DNA from: a virus
Direction: 5' to 3' (one strand)
Virus record (IMG/VR): IMGVR_UViG_3300045988_170240
Length of the DNA stretch: 38,977 nt
In this document: one piece after another, positions 1 to 5,528 of the stretch
Numbering within the stretch: the stretch's first letter is position 1
Layout: each line of letters opens with the position of its first letter
Notes under the pieces: generated by a model
Seen by the model: the letters and a program-made list of their open reading frames with translations, nothing else
Told to the model about the DNA's origin: nothing
Databases searched by the model: none
Made by a program: the position numbers and the translations under genes

Positions 1-119
1 CTTTTTTTTTATTTAAGTATTTCAACCCTTTATCGGGCGCTCAGTTAATTCAGGTAGTTACGGAGAATACAATAATTTCAGGTATTTAAAAATGCTTAGT
101 TAAATCAGGTGCTTTGGAC
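1..119. repeat. Left direct terminal repeat (119 bp), identical to 38859-38977
   Basis: Sequence 1-119 (c + T9 + atttaagtatttcaaccctttatcgggcgctcag...gctttggac) recurs exactly at the right end of the window. Confidence 0.85.
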
Positions 120-264
120 GTTTTTCATGAATACGATGAACACGTTTATCAAAGTTAAGTATTTCAACTGTTTATGAGGCGCCCAGTTAATTCAGGTAGT
201 TACGGAGAATACAATAATTTCAGGTACTTGACTTTGTTTAATTAAATCAAGTGCTTTGGACGTT
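13..264. repeat. Two tandem imperfect ~110-bp direct repeats (13-122 and 155-264, period 142 bp, roughly 85% identical); a third partial copy lies outside this interval at 301-360
   Basis: ttaagtatttcaacNNtttatNgggcgcNcagttaattcaggtagttacggagaatacaataatttcaggta...gtgctttggacgtt read twice; aataatttcaggtac recurs again at 340-354. Confidence 0.7.
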
Positions 265-710
265 ATTTCCGATAAAAGTGTATATAAAAATTAAAGACAA
301 TCATTTCAACCATTTAATTTTTTCCCCTTGAGGTTAATAATTTCAGGTACTTATCTCAGAGTGAAAATCGAAGTAAATTTCCAATAGGGTATAAGTACTT
401 GAAATATATGAGGATTCGCGGAATATCGATTTTAGCGGCACTCTCCCCAAAAACCTTTATATATATACTCCTTTAGAACTAATTTTTACTAGGTTATTAA
501 TTTATTTTTATTACTTTATCACTTTATTACTTTATAATAATAAAATAATATAATAAATATAAGGGTTTACGTGGTGCCCAAATGAAAGTGCGGAGGCCTA
601 AGCGATTTTTCGCGACACTTTAGTATTTTTGCCCTCCGTTCTGCCAATATTTTGCCGAGAGTTTTTCTGAAAGAGCAGATCCGCGAGTCCCCGAATCCTG
701 AGTATAAAAG

Positions 711-738
711 AAGGCCCGCATCGTGAAATGCGGGCCTT
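711..738 (-). terminator. Rho-independent terminator downstream of the leftward HTH gene
   Basis: Perfect 11-bp stem aaggcccgcat / atgcgggcctt with a 6-nt loop; on the - strand it is followed by CTTTTATAC; 21 nt past the stop of the 760-1056 gene. Confidence 0.55.
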
Positions 739-759
739 GAAAGTAAGAATTTTTACTGA

Positions 760-1056
760 TTAAGAAGCAGCTTCCCAAATGAACTTCTTGCCAAGCGGGT
801 CAGTGGCAATCATGATGCCCGCCTTCTTGAGATAGGACAAATTGGAACTAATGACCGCGGGCGACGTGTTGCAGGTCTCAGCAAGTTCCTTGATGCTCAT
901 ATGAGTGCCATTGGCGAGGGCTGCCTGAATCTTGTTCTTAATAGAATCAGGATTGTTGAACTTCTGCTGATACGTCTGTACCGCGAGAACCAAGTCTTCA
1001 TGAGAGAGGGCATTGAGGGCTTCGAGCGACAGATTGTTGAGTTCGTTGATGGTCAT
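760..1056 (-). CDS. Winged-helix/HTH DNA-binding regulator (98 aa) transcribed toward the left genome end
   Basis: ORF with AGGAG 7 nt upstream of the ATG; segment MSIKELAETCNTSPAVISSNLSYLKKAGI resembles an HTH recognition region. Confidence 0.6.
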   Translation of the reverse strand: MTINELNNLSLEALNALSHEDLVLAVQTYQQKFNNPDSIKNKIQAALANGTHMSIKELAETCNTSPAVISSNLSYLKKAGIMIATDPLGKKFIWEAAS

Positions 1057-1114
1057 GGTAGATCTCCTAATGGTTAGAATTTATTTAGCGTCATCACGCT
1101 CATTTGTTGAATTC

Positions 1115-1142
1115 AGTATACGCCTATTCTAGAGGGTTGTAA
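1115..1142 (-). promoter_or_regulatory. Sigma70-like promoter for the HTH gene (-35 TTACAA, 16-bp spacer, -10 TATACT)
   Basis: Read on the - strand: TTACAAccctctagaataggcgTATACT; overlaps the inverted repeat agggttgtaaaccct (candidate operator). Confidence 0.4.
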
Positions 1143-1178
1143 ACCCTTTTCTGAATAAAATTTAAAAATATTTTCTGT

Positions 1179-1207
1179 CCATTTTGCTTTCTCTATACGG
1201 GTATAAT
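1179..1207 (+). promoter_or_regulatory. Possible rightward promoter with a perfect TATAAT (1202-1207) and weak -35; divergent from the HTH promoter
   Basis: ccatttTGCTTTCTCTATACGGGTATAATtg; would transcribe the non-coding leader 1210-1900. Confidence 0.25.
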
Positions 1208-1327
1208 TGAGGACTTGGGTTGTCCTGCAATTCATTCTATCATGTATTGCAGACTTTGTACACGCCAAAACCTGGGCGCCTAAGGACCTGGGCAACCCTC
1301 ATGGTCAGTGACAGCTAATGATAGCGA

Positions 1328-1389
1328 GTGACTCCTGAATGCTCAATCAGGGGTAGGTGACTGCAGGTGACTCCTGAATGCTCAATCAG
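1328..1389. repeat. Two perfect 23-bp direct repeats gtgactcctgaatgctcaatcag (1328-1350, 1367-1389), a partial third (gtgactgcag 1357-1366), flanked by gtcagtgaca repeats (1304-1313, 1409-1418)
   Basis: Read directly; iteron-like arrangement with 39-bp period in a region lacking any credible ORF. Confidence 0.85.
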
Positions 1390-1815
1390 TGGGTGTCTGT
1401 CATCAGCTGTCAGTGACACCCGGTTGAACGCACGATCAGCCGGTCCGTCTTGCCCGCGGCGGCCGATCTGGTGGTACGGTGAACGGGAGTGAACCATATC
1501 ATCATAGCTGAACAAAGTGAAGCGCTATTATCTGTGGAACAGAGTGACACATTGTCCCAATGGTTGAACCAACGGTGAAACACCTCACGAGAAGCAAGGG
1601 CGGAGTCCCGAAGCGTATCTGCTGATTCGAGCGAATAACATGAGCGAGCTTCCACTATTAAGAGTTGAGGCGGAGCCTCAAGCTCGTATATGTTCAGTTA
1701 CAGCGTAGCAGCGCTAGCTGTATGAGCGATTAGGCTTGTAAGTGAGGGTGGAACCCGAAACGAAGAGCCGTAGCGAATACCATACTAGCGAAGCGGGCCT
1801 AATAGTTGCGAATGA

Positions 1816-1871
1816 ATCAAATTATTTTATTTGCGTTCACCGGAAGGTGAATGCGAGTAAAATAATTTGAT
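1816..1871 (+). other. Long near-perfect hairpin: 14-bp AT-rich stem (atcaaattatttta / taaaataatttgat) enclosing a 9-bp stem capped by a GGAA (GNRA) tetraloop
   Basis: Read directly; not followed by a U tract; lies 50 bp upstream of the early promoter. Confidence 0.6.
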
Positions 1872-1921
1872 TGAGCCACCACGCTGTACGCTTGTGAATA
1901 AAAGAATTATCCATAATATTG

Positions 1922-1950
1922 TTGACAGCTATCAATGATTCTGATAAGGT
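1922..1950 (+). promoter_or_regulatory. Strong host-type early promoter: -35 TTGACA, 17-bp spacer, TGaTAAGGT extended -10-like
   Basis: TTGACAgctatcaatgattctgaTAAGGT followed by RBS AAGGGAGG and the ATG at 1974. Confidence 0.5.
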
Positions 1951-1973
1951 GTATCTAACGAAAGGGAGGAAAT

Positions 1974-2180
1974 ATGAATAATGAAATATTGGATAGTTTG
2001 AGAAGAATTAGTTGTGGTATGGAAATTGTTATGAGAGATGTAATAGAAGAAAAGTATAATATGGATAGAGATTATATTGAGATAGAAGATTGGGAATTGG
2101 AATTAGAGGAAATTATTGGTAAGGGTGTAGTAGAAGGTTGGAAGGAAATAAATAGAGTTATAGAAAAGATGGAGAAGTAA
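1974..2180 (+). CDS. Small hyper-acidic early protein (68 aa, 19 D/E against 10 K/R), C-free coding sequence; candidate DNA-mimic / anti-restriction (Ocr-like) protein
   Basis: RBS AAGGGAGG 9 nt upstream; protein contains no A, H, P, Q or T because the coding strand has zero cytosines. Confidence 0.6.
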   Translation: MNNEILDSLRRISCGMEIVMRDVIEEKYNMDRDYIEIEDWELELEEIIGKGVVEGWKEINRVIEKMEK

Positions 2181-2181
2181 A

Positions 2182-2418
2182 ATGAATGTTAATGAATTGA
2201 TGTATGATTTGGAAGAATGTAAGTTGGAAGTTGAGAGTGTATTGTGGGAGATAGTTTGTGATAATAGAGGTGTAGAGAGTGTGGAAGATTTGGATGATAG
2301 ATTGTTATTGGTAGAGTGTATGGATGATTTTTATGGAGGTGATAATTGGGAGTTGTTTAAGTGGTGGATGGAGTTAGAGGAAGTGTTTATGTGGTTGTAT
2401 GATTTAAGTAATGAGTAG
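2182..2418 (+). CDS. Second small hyper-acidic early protein (78 aa, 23 D/E against 4 K/R, 5 Trp), C-free coding sequence; candidate DNA mimic / anti-defence protein
   Basis: Start ATG lies 1 nt after the TAA of the upstream gene, with a GGAG RBS; same restricted 15-letter amino-acid alphabet. Confidence 0.6.
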   Translation: MNVNELMYDLEECKLEVESVLWEIVCDNRGVESVEDLDDRLLLVECMDDFYGGDNWELFKWWMELEEVFMWLYDLSNE

Positions 2419-2423
2419 GAATG

Positions 2424-2464
2424 TGATAGAGGAACTTATAATGGTTCCTCTATCATTTTCTTTC
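2424..2464 (+). terminator. Intrinsic terminator of the early transcript: 12-bp perfect stem, loop containing TATAAT, then TTTTCTTTC
   Basis: tgatagaggaac-ttataatg-gttcctctatca-ttttctttc, immediately after the stop at 2418. Confidence 0.6.
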
Positions 2465-2606
2465 AATCGGCTGGCAACGCCAGATCCGACGAGTAATACT
2501 ATTATTCTTAATGGGGTATTAGGGAACAACGTGACCGTCCCATTAAGAATAATAGTGTTATGAGGAGGATAGATTGAAAGAAAATGATAGAGGAACCATT
2601 ATAATG
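2424..2606. repeat. Nested inverted-repeat element: 33-bp perfect IR arms (2436-2468 / 2572-2604) around a 103-bp core that has its own 18-bp perfect IR (2498-2515 / 2539-2556) and a small hairpin ctggcaacgccag (2471-2483)
   Basis: Arms verified base by base; the right arm is followed by a second tgatagaggaaccattataatg copy. Confidence 0.8.
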
Positions 2607-2720
2607 CACATGATATGAGAAATACCTAAATACTTTGCTGCTTAGGTATGAATTATGTCATAAAGAAATGTTTTTCTAGAAAAATTGGGGGCCCCGGGGG
2701 CAAGGACGCGGAGAAAAAGT

Positions 2721-2995
2721 AGTTCTTAGGTCATCCCGCATTATATTTGTCTCTTTTTCCTATTTCTCTACAACATTTGTTGATAATTCCTTATACGTGC
2801 GCGTCATGCGAAGAATCCTCATAACACATGAGTTCTATGCACAGAACTCGAGTTCTATAGAAAAAGCATGAGGGGCCTTGGTATTTTATCATTTCCACAT
2901 TTTTCTCTATAGAACTCACCCCTCATGCCAATTTCACCTCTATAGAACTACTGAGTTCTAAAGCTCCGAGTTCCGTAACTCAGGGCTTTAGAACT
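2721..2995. promoter_or_regulatory. Cluster of at least 8 copies of the AGTTCT/AGAACT motif, including the perfect palindrome half-site GAGTTCTATAG, upstream of the late operon
   Basis: AGTTCT at 2721, 2831, 2851, 2954; AGAACT at 2843, 2911, 2944, 2990; also IR catgagggg / cccctcatg (2867-2875 / 2919-2927). Confidence 0.6.
2767..2783. promoter_or_regulatory. 17-bp motif CTCTACAACATTTGTTG, repeated identically at 32627-32643; contains the inverted repeat caaca-tt-tgttg
   Basis: Exact 17-mer found twice in the genome, both in intergenic leaders. Confidence 0.5.
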
Positions 2996-3013
2996 AATGA
3001 GTTTAGAGACGTG

Positions 3014-3042
3014 GCCAAAATTCTTGTGTACATTTCCCAAAA
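3014..3042 (+). promoter_or_regulatory. Candidate late-operon promoter (-35 TTGTGT, 17-bp spacer, -10 TGATAT; weak -10, possibly activator-dependent)
   Basis: Positioned between the motif cluster and the RBS AAGGAG (3064-3069) of the first late gene. Confidence 0.3.
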
Positions 3043-3075
3043 TACTTGATATGGTACTTGTGTAAGGAGAAAATC

Positions 3076-3543
3076 ATGGATATTTCGACCCGGTGTGACA
3101 ATATGCAGCAGCAAGTTAGGTTGCTGTATGAGATATTCGGCTTTGAGGCGGATGAAATCGCCCCATTTGTCGGTCTCGCGCCCACCATGGTCAAAATGAT
3201 GATAGCTGATGGGCAGTACATAAAGGCCCCGACTAAATTTTCCAGTTTTTCGAAGAACGCAGACGACGCAAGGGACCAACTGATTGAAGTGATAATGCGT
3301 AAACAGATGGCCTTTGCGCCTATTTACGCACAAACTGAACTCATTCTTCTGCAAAAAGTAGCTGAATTAGCATCAAATATGGATGCAGATGACCCCAATG
3401 CGGCTCGAAAGCTCGACCTTCTTGCAAAAACTACGGCTACCCTCAATCAGGCAACTGTTGCGGCCATTTTGTCACAAGTGTCACAGAACAAATCTAATGA
3501 TAGTGGGATGAAGATAGAAGTAGTCAATACATTTTCAAACTAG
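3076..3543 (+). CDS. Putative terminase small subunit / DNA-binding protein (156 aa from ATG 3076; the ORF-track start at 3046 is a TTG)
   Basis: Sits directly upstream of the large terminase; RBS AAGGAG 7 nt upstream; N-terminal helix-rich region. Confidence 0.45.
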   Translation: MDISTRCDNMQQQVRLLYEIFGFEADEIAPFVGLAPTMVKMMIADGQYIKAPTKFSSFSKNADDARDQLIEVIMRKQMAFAPIYAQTELILLQKVAELASNMDADDPNAARKLDLLAKTTATLNQATVAAILSQVSQNKSNDSGMKIEVVNTFSN

Positions 3544-3554
3544 GGACCTTCGTC

Positions 3555-4871
3555 ATGGCCATAGCCCCAAAAGTCATAACCATACCACGCAATTTCACAC
3601 CGCGCGATTACCAAATTCCTCTGTACAATTGCCTGGCAGAAGGATATAAGCGTGGGTTGGCTGTGTGGCATCGACGGGCTGGCAAAGATAAAGTGTTTGT
3701 TAACATCCTGGCCAGAGAGTCGATCAAACGCGTTGGAACCTATTTTTATATTCTTCCGTATTATAAACAGGCGCGCGCGATCATCTGGGAAGGGATGGAC
3801 AAAACAGGGTTTCGTCTGATAGAGCATATCCCTAAAGAGTTGTGGGTTCGCAAGGACAATCAGCAGATGACCTTAGAACTCGCCAATGGCTCATTTATTA
3901 GATTCCTTGGGTCAGACAATATCGATTCCATTGTGGGTACGAACCCCGTGGGCGTCATATTTTCAGAGTTTTCGTTGCATAAGCCTGAGGCTTGGCACTA
4001 CCTAAGGCCAATCCTGCTAGAAAACGATGGGTGGGCCTTGTTTAATGGGACGCCTCGGGGTCATAACCATCAGTGGGAAATGGACCTGTACGCACGTACC
4101 TCCGACGACTGGTTTTACTCCAAAGCGACCATAGATGACACCCATGTGATGACAGAGGAGCAGGTGCAAGAGGAAATTGATGCAGGTCTTCCTCCGGCCC
4201 TAGCAAAGCAAGAATTTTATTGCTCATATGAGGCTGCATTGGTTGGTGCATATTACGGTGAGCGCATGGAGGCCATCTCGTCACACATACTCCCTACCAT
4301 TTCATGGGAGCCCAATCTCTTGGTCAATACTGCATGGGACCTGGGCATTGATGACGAGTTAGTCATATGGCTGTATCAGAAGGTGCATAATGAAATCAGA
4401 ATCCTTGATTGTATCCATGATAATGGACATGCTCTGGATTACTATGTGCGTCTGCTCAATCAACGTCCATATGCCTATGGATACCATATCCTCCCTCATG
4501 ACGTTGAAGTCAGAGAGTTATCTTCTGGTCGCAGTCGCAAGCAGACACTGATGGACCTGGGACTCCAAGACATACGTGTCAATAAGCGCATACCTGTGGA
4601 AGATGGGATCAATATGGCCCGTAATATACTCCCCAGGTGTTGGTTTAGTGAAGATAAATGCTCAAAAGGCATTGAAGCCTTGAAGGGCTATCGTGCACAA
4701 TATGACTCGAAAACGAAGACATATGGGGCGCCAGTCCATGATTGGATGTCACATTATGCGGATGCGTTTAGAATGATGGCGCAGCACGAGCGTTACCAAG
4801 AGTTTGCAACACGCACTCTGCCACAACGCACACGAGATTATGACTATAATCCGTTGACATATGGAGAATAA
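3555..4871 (+). CDS. terL: Terminase large subunit (438 aa)
   Basis: Position upstream of the portal gene; P-loop-like VWHRRAGKDKV near the N-terminus; C-terminal RNaseH-like nuclease Asp motif AWDLGIDDELV. Confidence 0.7.
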   Translation: MAIAPKVITIPRNFTPRDYQIPLYNCLAEGYKRGLAVWHRRAGKDKVFVNILARESIKRVGTYFYILPYYKQARAIIWEGMDKTGFRLIEHIPKELWVRKDNQQMTLELANGSFIRFLGSDNIDSIVGTNPVGVIFSEFSLHKPEAWHYLRPILLENDGWALFNGTPRGHNHQWEMDLYARTSDDWFYSKATIDDTHVMTEEQVQEEIDAGLPPALAKQEFYCSYEAALVGAYYGERMEAISSHILPTISWEPNLLVNTAWDLGIDDELVIWLYQKVHNEIRILDCIHDNGHALDYYVRLLNQRPYAYGYHILPHDVEVRELSSGRSRKQTLMDLGLQDIRVNKRIPVEDGINMARNILPRCWFSEDKCSKGIEALKGYRAQYDSKTKTYGAPVHDWMSHYADAFRMMAQHERYQEFATRTLPQRTRDYDYNPLTYGE

Positions 4872-5121
4872 CATGGGCGGTACAGTCAAGAAAGTTTTTG
4901 GTGGCGGATCTTCCAAGCCTGATACGAGCGCGTATGAGGCCCAGCTTGAGGAGCAGCGCAAGGCGACGGAGGCTGCTGAGGCCAAGGCTGCAGCAGCTGA
5001 TGCACGTGCTAGAGACCAGCAGCAGCGGTTACAGCAGGGCAGAGCGACCACCATTTTCACCAGTGGTGAGGGCGACACAAACATCAAGACGAAGAAACCC
5101 ACTCTGGGTTCTGGGATGTAG
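4861..5121 (+). CDS. Small Ala/Gln-rich protein (86 aa) ending in ...TIFTSGEGDTNIKTKKPTLGSGM
   Basis: ORF between terL and portal; its C-terminal about 22 aa is paralogous to the C-terminus of the next gene. Confidence 0.5.
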   Translation: MENNMGGTVKKVFGGGSSKPDTSAYEAQLEEQRKATEAAEAKAAAADARARDQQQRLQQGRATTIFTSGEGDTNIKTKKPTLGSGM

Positions 5122-5123
5122 TT

Positions 5124-5525
5124 ATGGCATCGCCCGTTGATATTGCGTCTATCTTCAAACGCAAGGGACAGACTCCGACTCCTGAGACTCAGACACCGAG
5201 TCAGGGGTCGTCTATCATCAGATCATTCTTTGTTCGTGAGGGCGGGACTGAGGCTACTCCTGCGCCACAGCGACCCAATCCTGTGTTGAGCTATTTTGAT
5301 CCGGTGGCGTACTCTCAGCAGCGGGCGGCGTACAACAAGTCACAGGGCATTGAAGAAACTGCGCCTAAGGCAGAAGTCAAAGAACTGACTGAAGAAGAAA
5401 AGCGTAATGCTGAGCAACGCAATAAGAACAAGGCATTTGCCTCTGGACGTCCGGCGACTATTTTTAGTCAACCTGAGTCGTCCAATATCAAGATCAAGAA
5501 GCCTACGTTAGGCTCTGGGAGCTAA
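5124..5525 (+). CDS. Small Pro/Thr/Glu-rich protein (133 aa) ending in ...TIFSQPESSNIKIKKPTLGSGS
   Basis: ORF; shares the C-terminal motif TIF...NIK(T/I)KKPTLGSG with the upstream gene. Confidence 0.5.
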   Translation: MASPVDIASIFKRKGQTPTPETQTPSQGSSIIRSFFVREGGTEATPAPQRPNPVLSYFDPVAYSQQRAAYNKSQGIEETAPKAEVKELTEEEKRNAEQRNKNKAFASGRPATIFSQPESSNIKIKKPTLGSGS

Positions 5526-5528
5526 TTC

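Noticed and set aside
1328-1389. Possible CRISPR-like array
   Set aside because: Only two full 23-bp repeats plus a partial copy, with a 16-bp spacer, and no cas genes anywhere. Interpreted as iterons or operator repeats instead.
1315-1655. Small - strand ORFs (66 and 81 aa) in the GC-rich leader
   Set aside because: They overlap the iteron repeats, have Arg/His-rich junk composition and no RBS. The region is more plausibly non-coding regulatory or ncRNA.
2686-2701. G5C4G5 palindrome (gggggccccggggg) as a terminator
   Set aside because: Zero-loop GC palindrome without a U tract. More likely a local compositional oddity or protein-binding site. No supporting context.
3046-3075. TTG-initiated N-terminal extensions in the ORF track (3046 for the TerS-like gene, 25399 for SNF2, 23301 GTG for lysozyme)
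   Set aside because: Downstream ATGs with proper SD spacing (3076, 25333, 23304) are much better starts. The extensions run through regulatory repeats.
4898-5140. 80-aa Arg-rich ORF overlapping the 86-aa gene in another frame
   Set aside because: Alternative frame of an Ala/Gln-rich GC-rich sequence, with no RBS. The in-frame neighbour has the conserved C-terminal tag.
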